From: Gracilinanus agilis
Lineage: Eukaryota
Direction of reading: 5' to 3'
Length of the DNA stretch: 64,000 nucleotides
NCBI RefSeq assembly: GCF_016433145.1
Contig: NC_058135.1
Location: 196,989,182 to 197,053,181, forward strand
Shown here: positions 36,144 to 49,189 of the stretch, piece by piece
How the letters are laid out: each line of letters starts with the position of its first letter
Position numbering within the stretch: position 1 is the stretch's first letter
Notes under the pieces: generated by a model
What the model saw: only the letters and a program-made list of their open reading frames with translations
The model's database searches: none
Told to the model about the DNA's origin: nothing
Translations under genes and position numbers: made by a program

Positions 36144-37939
36144 CAACTAAATGGGTTTCCAAAAGCCTGATTTTTTAAAAAAAGAAATTTCCTAAAGAAA
36201 AGCCCAATCTAGCTCAGAATGAGAAACTCCACATTGCATATGGAATAAAAAAATGCAAATGTTATGCTCTCGGGTTGGAGAGAGCTCAGTTGGAAATCTT
36301 TGCAGTAAAAAGACAGATGTTGGATATTTTCCTGTATAACTTTATCTCCATTACTTACCCCTTTCCCCACTTTTTAATGGGATGGTGTAGAAAAGGTCTT
36401 TGCTAGGAATCAAGACATATGGAATCTAATGCAAACTACAGAACCAAATCATTGGGTAATTTAGGTCAAACACCTTAAAATTTTTCAGCTTCAATTTCCT
36501 GAGATCGACAACAGTACCATCCCTAGCTATATCCCAGCATTCTTATGAGGAATAAGTGAGAGATTTTTTTTAAAGCTTTATAAGCTATACCAGTCTATTT
36601 TTATAAGCTTAATAAACTAAAAGTTATGTACAAAATCATAGTATGCAGGAATTGTCAGGTACTATTATTATTAGAATATCTTTAAGAATAGATTGGCTAA
36701 GCTTCTTGGAAAATTTGTCATGTACAAGTGCTTTCAATAAAGTCAGTATTTAACCAGCAAAAATAATTTGACTTGTAATGCAAAGTGGTCATAAGTTTAG
36801 ATCAACATTGGCAACAGTTCTAGGTATATAGTCCCAAGGGTATCCAATTAAAGTGTTCCTGACATAAAAGAAGATAAAGTGTTTGATGTTCCTAAAACAT
36901 TTTTGTGTATGTGTTTGTATATTGGCATGTATGTATTTATGTGTGTATCCTATAAAAGTGCTAGAAGCCATTAATCTAGAACAATTATTTTTCTCCTTAT
37001 CAAACCTTTTGAAATCCAATTTCAGTGATTGGTTTAATTTAAAATAGTTTTCTTTGTTGGATTTCAGAATGATTTATAAGCTGATGTTAGTTTGTATTGG
37101 CATAACAGGAGACATGATTAGATTGGAAAGAACCACTTATATCTACAATTATCCACTAACAAAGTAGTTCCCTTTAATGTTATCTCTTTGTCATATTCCT
37201 TTTCGGGATGTGCATAATTGATATTACCATAAAGATTTTATTGTTCTTTCTTATATGGCTGGTAAAAAAAGAACATTTTAGAATACCAGTATAAAGCCAC
37301 GGGGTTGTAAAACACAGTTAATCCTGGTCGATTTCATAACATTTTTTATTCATTAGAAATGAATATTTTCATTGCAAATGGACTGAGAAATTCAGGTAGG
37401 CTGAGTTGCTCTATTGTGTGATGAGTCCCAGAAGTACTAATTCAGCAAATAGTGAGTACCCAGTGAAGTGTCAACATCTGTCAATCAGTTATTTCTATTT
37501 CAATAATTACTTCTAAAAACAATAAAGAAACTGCATATAGTAGGATGTGAGTTCACAAAGCAGCCCTCCTATGCACCAGCTTAAGGTCTCTATCTATTTC
37601 CAAAATGAAACTGTTGCTGTTTTTTTTTTCTTATAACTGTGGTAGATTAATTACCAACATAAAAATGTCTGTCATTTATAGATGACCTTCAAGTTCTAGC
37701 TAACAACAATATTAACTGGGAAAAAAATCAAAATCAGGTATACTGCTCACACTCAAAATATAGATTACTCTTCTTATTAAATTTCAGTTCCACAAAGAAG
37801 TTCAGAGACAAAGGTATTGGTAAAGATTCACATTGACTTTATGTAGGAACTTAAACATTCATTCATTCAACAAACATTTAACAAAATTTTATAATCACCT
37901 AATACGTGCAGGGTACTGCATTGAATATGGTGTTCTTGT

Positions 37940-38210
37940 AGTATGATGCAATGGAAAGTTCTAGAGTCAGTGTCTGAGGGCATGGATTTAAATCCTGCCT
38001 TTCCTATTTTTTAAACCTAGTGATCTTGGGCAAGTAATTTATCATCACTAGACTTCAGCTTCTTTAACTGAAAAATTAAAAAAGTTACACTAGATTATTT
38101 CTGAGCACATTCTAGTCTTAAATCTATAATGTTATTCAATTAGTCTGAGGATTGTTGTGAGGATCAAATGAGATTTTGTAAAGTGCCTGGTATAGAGTAG
38201 GTGCTTCATA
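37940..38210 (+). mobile_element. MIR SINE
   Basis: atggaaagttctagagtcag...gtgatcttgggcaagt...gttgtgaggatcaaatgag...gtaaagtgcctgg. Confidence 0.6.
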
Positions 38211-39019
38211 AGCCCTTGTTTCTTTTTTTCTTCTCCCTCTGATATGTCAATTTGAATCCTTTTAACCCCACCTTGCACAAGAACATCCAGTGAATCTTGG
38301 AAATATAAGTAGTCAGCTTCTTCACCACTATTACTAATGCCTTTGTTTTCTCTCTCTTCCTACACAGCCATGCCACAGTTGAAGATTCCATTCCCTGTTG
38401 CCATTCATTATTTCAAGAATTTGTGTCTGTATATATTTATATGGGCTAATCTTATTAAAGCTGGAATAAAACTAGACTTCTTGGATTTTAGGTAGTTTCT
38501 TTACTCCTACTTTGACTCTTCTTTGTCTCTCTCTCTTTGAGAATGTACCCCACTTCAAAGGTTCTACCTATATGGTACAATACCCAAACCATATACTATC
38601 TCTTTTATAAAGTCTACTCCAATTCCTCAGACAGAAGTCACCTTTCTATTCTTTAAATTTCAAATAGCCCATAGCATTATGAATCAATGCCCAATTCATT
38701 ATATTCTGCCATACATTTTAGCACAGTGCCCAATAAATGATAAACATTTGATGAATTAATGAATGGATTTGAAAAGGAAAATGTTATTTGATTCATCAAT
38801 TTTAATTTATTCATATTATCAAGGATAAAAAAATGGGGGTCAAAATTCTTGCAGGTTCTTCAACAACTTAAACTATGGAGCCTTGTTGATGATTGAGAGA
38901 AATGAGACCAGAAAGGCTTTTCCATAAATGAACAGGTTGTTTGTTTTTTTTTTTTAATCTCTGGCCTAATGATTATTTAAAAAGGTTATTCAAGAGGCTA
39001 GATTAAGATTTATAAGATA

Positions 39020-39219
39020 GGGGCAGCTAGGTAGGTTAGTGGATTGAAAGCTAATCCCAGAGAACAGAGGTTATGGGTTCTAATGTGACCTCAGAAACTT
39101 CCTATTTCTGTGACTTTAGGCGAGTCACTTATCTCCCATGGCCCGGCCCTTACCACTCTTCTGCCTTGGAACCAAAACAAAATATAGATTTTTGAGACAG
39201 TGGAGAAGAGTTTAAAAAA
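39020..39219 (+). mobile_element. Opossum tRNA-derived SINE (SINE1/SINE2_Mdo-like), diverged
   Basis: ggggcagctaggtag...gtggattga...cccttaccactcttctgccttggaacc, followed by an A-rich tail. Homologous to 46168-46365. Confidence 0.8.
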
Positions 39220-40189
39220 GAAGACTGATGGACTCTTCTATGGTGAAGATCCATTTGATGTTCAGGTGGGACTAGATCCCTGTTGAAGTACCTTCTAGTT
39301 CTCATATTCTCTGATTAAGATGTTTCTCTCTAAATTTATAAGATATATCTTCTGATGGATCAGCAATTGCAAAGTGATAGCTGGCACTGGAAAGCCATAT
39401 ATGGCTAATGGAAAATATCAATTGTGACAATGCAAAAGAATTTAATGATTTTTAAAAAAATCACTTAATTTCTCAACATCATTTCTTCTCTGAAAAATTT
39501 ATCATTCTGGTCCATCCTTATCCTAAAAGTAGAAAGAAAAACTTATATAGTATCATAGATCATTCATTTAGATCTTGAAAGTGCCTCAGGCATCATGGAG
39601 TTCACTACCCTCATTTTTCTTTTCTTTTCTTGGGTGTGGAAACCAAGGTTCAGAGATGTAAGAAGATGTGTTCAGGGTCACATAACTCATAAGAGACTTA
39701 AGTGGGATTTGAACTCAAATATTCCTTATTCCAAGTCTGTTTACTATTTGATCTGCCATTCCAAGTTTAGACATCTGACTCATCCTCTCCCATAAAATGA
39801 AACTTTCAGAAGAAAACATTTCAACCCGTTAGGCTTTCAAATATATTAGACACTATTATTTACAAAGAGTAAACACATGAATGGGCAGATAAAGGTATTT
39901 TTCTGAATTCTATAATCTTTTTTTGTATTTAAAATGAAAAAATCATTTGAAAAGCAAGTTTTTTTCTGACAATAGCAATTCTTTTGTTAGACTATTTTAG
40001 AAGGAATGCTGGGGAGGTAGAGTTAATGTAGGTGCATATGTTTCCTGTCTTCCCATCTTCAAATGTTATTTCATTGATTCAATACCTAGTGCGACTGAAA
40101 ATATGAAAGCTCTTTTAACATGAAAGATACAAACATTAAAGGAAAATTTGAAAAAAAAAAATCATGGCCTGATTTCAGATCTGACATGC

Positions 40190-40370
40190 CTAAAACAAGA
40201 GAAGTGATACCCTCTGTTCTAGCTGGGTCAGATCATATATCTTGAATATTGTTTTCATGTCTGGGCAGAAAGGATATAGATTTCTAAAATGTACCCAGAG
40301 GTGGATGACCAGGATATTGAGAGAACTGAAGACCTTGCCATTATATTAGGAAGAGTAATTGAAAGTATAG
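40190..40370 (+). mobile_element. L3/CR1 LINE fragment (3' RT region)
   Basis: ctctgttctagctgggtcagatc...gtacccagaggtggatgaccaggat...gagagaactgaagaccttgcc resembles the CR1/L3 3' coding motif. Confidence 0.55.
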
Positions 40371-41429
40371 GATAAGCAAATGGTTATAGAATGCCTTATT
40401 ACTATTTATTAAATAACACCACACCAAGCATTGAGTACAAGAAGATGAAACATCACATAATCCTTGCCCTCAAGGGATTTACAAGCTAATAATTCATGCT
40501 TTTATTTCAATAATTAATTGGGAGAATTTTAGTCATGTGGCATAGCTATGTTAGGCTAGACAACCCTTTGTTTAAAGTAGGGATTCAGAGCTGCATTTTA
40601 ATTTGAGATCATAGTTCAGTGATTCCTAATTCAGGTCACAATCCAGAAGGAACTACAGAGAAGAAGCTATAGGAAATATCCAGGTTTCTCAAGAGAGATT
40701 CAGAAATTTTTGAAATATAATTGTTTTATTTCATTTTATTTCAATTGCATTTCATACATATGTGAAATACATGCAGAATGCTCAGGATAATATGATTTTT
40801 AAAATAAAAGTAGCAGACTTGTACTGAATTGCTTCAGAGAGAGGATAAAGGTTGAAAGACAATGTAAGAACTTGCCAAAACTTAAGAAGAGGCCAGCATT
40901 GGAAGAGTCAACATGGTGAAAGAGTGTTTCATATATTTAGACGTTTTCAGTATGCTAGAAGACTTCTTTCAAGATATATATGGAATGTTGGATTAGGACA
41001 TTCCCCAAGGTGTTCCTCCCAGCTTTATTGATGGTTCTATGAAAATAAAATGTTAGTGTATCACCTTTTCTCAAAATGGTTGAGCATCCTTATCCTGAAG
41101 CTTATGGAAACAAAAAGAAGAGAACACAAAGACATTAATCTAAAGGTCAAAATACTGGAGAACTTTTCTCAAAGTTTTCAAGTCATTGACTTGGGCAAAA
41201 GTTCAATTGATTCTCACAAATGAATGTAACTTCAAAATTTTTGTATATTTTTGCTAAATCACATAAGATCTTTAAGATGTTACTAAAATAATTATTTGAT
41301 CACAGAATAACTTCCATTTGTAATGCCACAAAATAGCTGTTGGATCCATGATATCCATAAAATATTCATTCAAAAATGAGTTTGTGGCTTATATTTATTT
41401 ATCTCAAGATACTGAAATGGATTAGTGCT

Positions 41430-41680
41430 CCCATCTATTTGAAATCTTTCCCTCCAATGATGTGGATGATAGCCATCCATGCCTGTCCATTTTATTTTGT
41501 GTGATTCTTGCCCATCGCCTCTTGAAAGTTTTCCATAGTGAGTCTACGAAACATTCTAGAGGCCTTCCTTGCTTTTTTTCAAGGATGAAAGGGTACCATT
41601 GGAGTGCTCTGACTATCTACCTGATTGCCATTGTTCTTGCCACCTGACAAGCCTATACTCTCTTCCATTAATATAATGCC
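41430..41680 (-). mobile_element. RTE LINE 3' fragment
   Basis: The reverse complement encodes a ...DSLWKTFKRRWARI...-like peptide typical of marsupial RTE ORF C-termini. Confidence 0.55.
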
Positions 41681-42524
41681 TTGATATTTTTTATTCCTGT
41701 TCTTAAGAGTTTCTCATTGGTTATATGTTGTAGCCCACTCATACCCACCTCAGCTCTGCTCTATCTTCCCCAAATGTGGTACTTATTTAAATTCTTCAGA
41801 GATAATTTTATCCTATTTCTCACTACTATATAGTGATGTTGGTAATGTCAGTATTGAAAAAAAACGAGCTTTTATTTTCATGAAATTTTGCATTAATGAA
41901 AGAGCTTTGCAGTTTCCTGAAAGCAATTCAGCCTACCTTCTTCCTCCTTTACAGCTAAAGGCACAACTCATTTTGAGCCAGTGTCAATTCAAATGCATGT
42001 CAAATTGATAGCAACAGACTTCCTTCATCCACTTGGTCTTTTCTGTGTCAAGGGAGAAGGCAAACTTCCTTGCGTTTTTAAAGAACTCTTCTAAGGGATT
42101 TCATTTTATAAGACTTGATTCAATCAACAGTGGCATCTATAATCATGGCTATCTACAGAACTTCACGTTTATAAGGGAATCTCTCTTTGCCTTGGACTCT
42201 TATCCTAGATCTGCTCAATTAGAGAAGTGAATTCCTTTGGCAGGCATATATCTGCTTGTTCTTCTATACCTTGTTTCATATTCAGTATTGGACTTTTGTT
42301 AAACAAGGTTTTTTTCTGTTGTTTTCCAAGACATCATGAACCATCTTAATATATGAGTGGAAGACACTTTCTTACATTTTGTTCTCCTTTTTCAAAGATA
42401 ACAAACAATAAATTCAAGGAAATATTATATTCTCTCTAGCCATGTATTAGTAATGAAATGATACAGATGTGCTCCATCATTGAATATCACTTGAGAAAAT
42501 ATGCTTATTCCTTACAAGCCACTT

Positions 42525-42765
42525 GGTGGGGTAGCAGAAAGAGCTCTGAACCTGGATTCAAGAAGGACATATTTCAAATTTAATTTCGGATACTTACTAG
42601 GTAGGGTGATGCTCAGGACATCATTTAACTCCTGTTTGTCTCATTTCCTGATCTGTAAAATAATAACAAGAACTTGATAGGGTTCTTGTGAGGATCAAAT
42701 GAGAGATATTATTTTTAAAGTACTTAGCATGGTTCCTGGTGCATGATGAGTGTTAAATTAATGAT
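42525..42765 (+). mobile_element. MIR SINE
   Basis: gcagaaagagctctgaacctgga...tctcatttcctgatctgtaaaat...cttgtgaggatcaaatgaga...aaagtacttagca. Confidence 0.6.
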
Positions 42766-43164
42766 TGTTCTCCTATTCCTTTAATGCTCTCATTGAGGAT
42801 GTCATCACTTCAAAATTCATTTTCTTGTGATTATCATAAGATTTTGTATAGATGGGAAAGCAGGCATATATTTTGGTGATTATTTATATTTTGGCTTTCT
42901 TGTTCAGTATTAAGGTCATATTTTTCCCTATGCCTTTGGCATCTTCTACTCTGTAATATGTTCCTAGATGGCTTCACAATTGTCTTACATCAAGAATTTA
43001 AATCCTTTATATACCCCTGATCCAATCTAACTGCTTTTTCCATCATTTCCCCCCTGAATGCTCCTTTCTCCTCTAAAAGTCACACAATTATTTTAACAAA
43101 AAAGTTTAACCAACATAAATTAAGTCCCACAACCAGGAAAACAAGAGTCTTGATTATGCCTTTT

Positions 43165-43412
43165 ATTTTCCAGTTGTTTCAGTCATATCCTACTCTTCAT
43201 GACCACCTTTGGGATTTCTTGGCAAAGATACTAGAGTGGCTTGCCACTTCCTTCTCCAGCTAATTTTATACATAAGGAAACTGAGGCCAGCAAGATTAAG
43301 TGACTTGCCCAGCATTCACACAGATTGTAAGTTTCTGAGGCCAGATTTGAACTCAGGAAGATTAGTCTTCCTTACTACAGGTGTAGCACTTTATCTGCTG
43401 TGCTACCTAATT
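43165..43412 (-). mobile_element. MAR1-like SINE (core plus RTE-derived 3' end)
   Basis: tttcttggcaaagatactagagtggcttgccacttccttctccagct...aggaaactgaggc...aagtgacttgcccag...gatttgaactcagg. Confidence 0.8.
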
Positions 43413-44680
43413 TCTTCTTATTGCCCTTAAATGCCTTTGGCTTAGTAAACATCTGAATTACTGGAATAAAAAGGCTGCCAAATGAAAGACTGAGTTAGAA
43501 CATGAACTCATTTGGAAAAATATTATGATGAAGAATGATTAACATATATTATTATTTCATAAACAAAGAGAAATGGTGAAGAGTAAAAACATTTCAAAGA
43601 AAGCTTTGCAAGAAGTCATCTTAACAGAAATAAAAGATGGGAACCAAAGGACTACAAATAGAAAGAAAGAGGAGAGATTTGCCAGCAACTACATTTTAGC
43701 AAACAATTTTCTTCATCAAGCACTGTAGAATCACACAACTGATATATTTTAGTCATATTTATCTAAATTGTATAATTCACTTGCTTTTAAATATTGAATG
43801 AGGGCTATTTTAAGATGTTATCTTCCAAATGAACATAAATGTTATCATGCATAAAAAAATTTGTACGTGTATCATCCTCTTTGTCATAGACTGGACCTTC
43901 AAGATAGTGACAACTCCTAATTTCTTAGGTATCCTGTTCTTTTTTTGTTTATTCTTTTTAAAGCTTATGAATCCTTTTCTCTTTGCCAACCTTTAATAGT
44001 CAACTAGTAGATATAATTTGCTCAAAACAAAGTGATTTTCTGAGTTAGTGTAGTAAGAACAATAAATTTAAAAAATTCTCCCTCAGAAACATGAGCATAC
44101 TCTCCTCAGAAAACAGACATTATCGCTGAGAAAAATGAGGACAAACCTAGAATATAGTGTTAGTGAATAGGGAATAGAGTGCAGGGAACACATGTGGCAT
44201 AGCCAACTTACTCTTCTGAAGCAATAAGACCTTGACTTCTCCTCTCTTCTCAATTTTCTGAAATTCCCCCCAATGGTTGCAGTGCTTTTATTAGGTCGTT
44301 TGCTTAGTTGAGCTCCTGGAGTCACTTTCCCACCCCAGCCCAATTCTCAACTACCTCAATGATGTCTCTCTTTAGTCCAAAGCTAATTCTCTTCTTGGCT
44401 GCCAGAATTTCCAGTTTTTAAAAAGGGTAAGTGCTGCCTATTTGCATCAATGTCTATCGTGTACCATGTAAATACTAGTTTCAATGATGATGTTTGTGTT
44501 TTGGTAGTGGAGATTTCATTTAGAAGTCATTTCCCTCATTGCATGGGACTGTGGGATAAGATCTCTATTTAACCACTCCGCTAATAATATTTTTTAATAT
44601 TCAAAAAAAAGAAGCTCTCACTCATTCTTCTAGATGTGAAGGAAGTGGGAAGGGAGAAGGCAAGCAGTGAGAAAACACTC

Positions 44681-44914
44681 TAGGGGTGTGCTGACAAATG
44701 TTTAACAACCAACTTCTCTCAAAAAATGATCATGGTGCAATTTTTAATTTAATCTATATTATTAATAGTATATTTTTTATATTTTCAGTCTAAAAGATCA
44801 ATAAAATGAACCATGGATTTGGCACTTGCAAATTTCCAAGCGACAAATGTTCACAATGAAAATTTACCAATTTTTTCTCATGAGCCAGCAGGAGCTGGCT
44901 CCAGCATATTCCCG
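44681..44914. mobile_element. Non-autonomous hAT-Tip100-type DNA transposon
   Basis: Degenerate TIRs taggggtgtgctg ... ccagcatattcccg, similar to CAGGGGTGTGCTGG-type termini. No clear TSD. Confidence 0.5.
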
Positions 44915-45889
44915 AAAGAGTGTTGGCCTTGGAGTCAACATTTGAATTTTAGCTTTGACATGTTCTCGCTGTGTGAGCTTAAGCATTTAGTTCACATTGA
45001 CCTTTGAAACATCAATGCTGTTTTCCACCCTAGAAAATGGTGATACTAATACTAATATTACTTAGTTTCCAGAGTTAATGGGAGGAAAGTACTTCAAATT
45101 ATTATAGAAATATGAGGTATGATGATGATGATCATTCCTTAAGATGAAAATAAACACTTTTTGAATTCTATGGCATGTCATCGTGTACTTCTGTAAAGTA
45201 CAGAAATGTTGATTGGTAGCAGGTGGCTGCCATTTATCTCCTATGAGCAAAAAAGGAAAGTTTTTTTTCCTCTGTTTCCTTAGATCTAAGAGAAAAACCA
45301 AATGGAGTTTTTCATTTTTGCCTCAGATGAAGGGGATAGCTGCCCTCATTGCTAGTATAAAATGTGAATTAGAAAATACATTTTCTCTCTCAAATTTTGT
45401 GTTTAATATTTCAAGGACCTTAAGTGGGCAATACTTTATTGTAGGCCTAGTTCATCATTTATAGAATACTTATTACACATTTTAATATGGTTTCATAAAG
45501 CTGTCACAGAAGGAAATAAATGAGGATAGAGCTAATTGGAACCATGTATCATAAAAGCTCAAGACTTCCTTTATTTAGAATTATTTAAAAATGCACAGAA
45601 ATGTACCATTCACCAAATGTTCCTACAACCCTGGATTATTTAGGAGTTGCTTATCTACTGTGCAAATTTTTTGGCCTGTTTTTAGATATAAAGCAAGCCC
45701 ACTGTGCCTATTTCTAACCTATTTCCTCCGGCCTCTGACTCCACTCCCAAGCACCTCCTGGCTACTTGATTACTTCAGCTTTACTGAGATGGGTGCCATT
45801 TGTGATCTTGTGCATCTCTTGTGCAGTACCCAACATTATCTGTCTTTGCTTTCATCCATCCATCTTCATATCCTTCCTTCCCATCTCAG

Positions 45890-47680
45890 AGGACAAGCAG
45901 ACCACTGATACTCCTTTTATTGTGTCCTTACTTGTGTTTCTTGCACTTTGTTCCATTCATCATTTCTCTTTTGCATCTTTAATCTTTTTCTCTTTCACTA
46001 CTGGTTCCTCCCTTTCTGCTTATAAATATAGTGAGTTAACCTCTAATCTGGAAAAAAATGCTTTCCTTGATTCCCACAATCCCAGCAAATTGTTACTCAA
46101 TGTCCTTTCTTTTTGAGTTGTTTAATTATAAAAGAGAGTCTATAATCTCCATTTTCTTGCTACTCTTTTTTTAAAATTTTTTTTATTTTAAACCCTTAAC
46201 TTCTGTGTATTGACTTATAGGTAGAAGAGTGGTAAGGGTAGGCAATGGGGGTCAAGTGACTTGCCCAGGGTCACACAGCTGGGAAGTGTCTGAGGCCGGT
46301 TTTGAACCTAGGACCTCTCATCTCTAGGCCTGGCTCTCAATCCACTGAGCTACCCAGCTGCCCCCTTTCTTGCTACTCTTAATCCCTTGTAGACTTAATT
46401 TTGTTCTCACCAGGTATCTAATACTACTTCCTCCTGCATCTCAAGTTACCTCTTTATTATTAAATTTAATGACCTTCAATCAGTTTTCACCTTTCTTAAA
46501 AAATTTGGAAGCATGTTATATTATTGATCATCCTCCCCTCATGGACATTCTACTCTCATGGTTTCTATGCTACTCTTTTTGCATGACTTTTATCCTACTC
46601 ATACAGTATCACTTTACTAAATAAGTAAAAAAAAATTATTAACTAAGTCAATAATATAGTAAATAGTTAAACATCCCTTTATTGGTCTTCTTTGCTAGTT
46701 ATTTTTCCTCCTTCCAAATTCCAAGTGAATTTGTCCTTCAAAACTTTGTGACTTTTTTTCCCTTTTGTACTCTTCCTTGGCAGCTTACATGGCATAATGA
46801 TCATTGCTACATGATAACTTCCAAATAAAAACAATTCAGACCCTCATTAACTTTTACCTAGACTATGATAATAGTCTCCTAACTTTTCCCCCTTCTTTTG
46901 TCTGGTCTCCAATTCATTCTTCCATTCATTACAAAGCTGCCAAATAATAATCATAATATACCATGCCACTTCCTCTTTCAGAAGCTATCTATTGCTTATG
47001 AGTGACTCAACAGATATTTATAAAATACCTAATATATGTAGCATCCTGTGCCAAGCAGAATCAGAGGAAGAAAGATGACCCAACAGAAGAGATTATCCTT
47101 TTGCTGTCAGGAGAAGAGAGAGAGCATTATAGTGGAGAATCCATTGTATGAGACAGCTTTCCAGGTGAAGGAATATTGGGAGGGGCAGAAAGGACAATTG
47201 GAGTGAGGAATAAATAATCCTAAATTCTGAAGCTTGCTATTTAAAGCTTTTCATATATGATTTAGCTAAATAATATTTTTCCAGCTATATTGCAGTCAGT
47301 TCCTTTCATGAATCCAAAGTGCATCTGGATCTTGTCTTCTTCCTCTTCTGAATATTTGTGTAGCCTCACCTTCATTCCTGAAATGTATAGCATCCATCCA
47401 CATTTATAATTGGTGAAATCCTTTTTTTTTCCTTCAAGACCCAGTTCAAATAGAATCCCTTCCAAGGAGCATCTTGTGAACTTTCAGTCTCATATTCTCC
47501 CCTGTCCCATTTCTTTTACACTTTTCTTCTTTGTGTCAGCGAACCCAATGTATGGACCACATGCCCATCCATAAGACTATCAGCAACTTGAGGATGGAAT
47601 TGTGTTGCTTTTTTATCATCATTCTTTCTCCTCAGGTATTTGTACATAGTAGGCATTTCCTAAATATTGTGTGACTTGAA
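45890..47680 (+). mobile_element. Fragmented L2 LINE (interrupted by a SINE and other inserts)
   Basis: Pyrimidine-rich L2-like blocks ending in the L2 3' motif tacatagtaggcatttcctaaatattgtgtgacttgaatgaa (~47640-47680). Confidence 0.5.
46168..46365 (-). mobile_element. Young opossum SINE (SINE1_Mdo-like) with a 15-bp TSD
   Basis: The minus strand reads ggggcagctgggtagctcagtggattgagagccaggcctagag...ggttcaaa (tRNA A/B boxes). Exact TSD tttcttgctactctt (46153-46167, 46366-46380) followed by AA (TCTT/AA, an L1-endonuclease-type site). Confidence 0.9.
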
Positions 47681-48988
47681 TGAAAAGATTCTGGTTCCAA
47701 ATATAATTTGGACCTTTTCAATTAGACAAGTAATTACAGAGCAGCTGCTATATGTTTGGCATGGTTTCATTGGTGTCTCCATCTGTGAATAGAAAGGAAA
47801 AGACAAAGGATTCAAGTTAATCCTTAATTAGTTGCTTGTTAGTATACCTTGTAGGACCTTTAGAAGAAAAGAATATTTGATGTAAATGAAATATGGATGT
47901 TGTCTGATACTAGTGGATCTTATAACCTTGGATGATAAACTACAAAGATGTGCACTTCATTTCATAGTTGAAAGAATTCACTTTGTATACTTATATGAAT
48001 TCTTTCAGCTGTTTGCAATTTTGGATCATTCTCTCCAGTCCTCCACTTAGGGAAAGATTCCATTAAAAGAGATAACTATTTATTTGGAATTAGCCTGTTT
48101 TCAGTGAATTTAGTTGTTACCTTTTAATAGTCCTCTTGCATTAAAATCCTGAATAACTAGAATTTTACTAATCCTACAGAGAGCTAGATGTTGTTTCTAA
48201 AAATACTTTTAAAAAATAAGAGAGGGTTTTCCAGATAGGAAGAAAACAAGGGCAATAGACAGACTATTCAAATGGGTTGGAGGTGGCAAAATATGACATA
48301 CCTAAGCATCTCAGAACACCTGTGTTTTCCCAGCAGGTTCTCTCTTCCCCTATCACAGGTAGCTGTAAGGGCAATTATCTCTTTTCTAGTCTTTCGATTT
48401 TCAGGTAACAGCTGTTGATAAATAGTAATTGAGTTTTCCCAGGGTATCTAAATAAGAAAGGGCAGGTCATCAAGAAATACAGCTGAGTCCTTTTGTGTTA
48501 TGTTTTCCTCAGTTGAATGCTTTATACTTTGTTTCCTTTATTTTGTTTCCAAGTTTTAAAATAGTGTTTTGCCAGGAAGGATGGGAAGACTTGAATATTT
48601 TTTAAAAGTTTGATTGTTTTCTCTCTAGCTGGTAATAAATGTGTCATTATTCTAAAAGACTGTGGATAGGAATAAAAAAAAAAACAAGTTTGGTCACAGT
48701 TTTATTTACAATGCAGTTTACAGAGGGGATGAAAACAGTATTCTTGGTGAGATTCATTTGAGTCTAAGTGAAAAATATTGTTTTGTTTTAAAATATTGTA
48801 TCCTCTAAAAGTCTGTGATTTTTTATGACCATAAGGCATTATGGTGTGTAAACTTTCCTAGCAAGTAATCAATCATTCAGTTAATAAACAGGCCTTTATT
48901 AAGCACTTAAATATGCAAAACATTGTCCTTAATTCTAGTAGTACCAAGACAATATCAAATAGTCCCTGTTCTAAGAGAGTTTACATTC

Positions 48989-49189
48989 TTTTTTTTTAAA
49001 CAACCCTTACCTCTCCTGTCTTAGAATCAATAATATGTTCCAAGGTAGAAGAACAGTAAGGGCTAGGCAATGGGGATGAAGCAACTTGCCCATGTCACAC
49101 AGCTAGGAAGTATCTGAGGCTAGATTTGAACCCAGGACTTCCCATCTCTCAGCCTGGCTCTCAATCCACTGAGCCACCTAACTGCACTG
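48989..49189 (-). mobile_element. Opossum tRNA-derived SINE inserted in an L2 remnant
   Basis: Homologous to 46168-46365. TSD gagagtttacatt/gagagcttacatt (48975-48987, 49190-49202). Confidence 0.85.
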
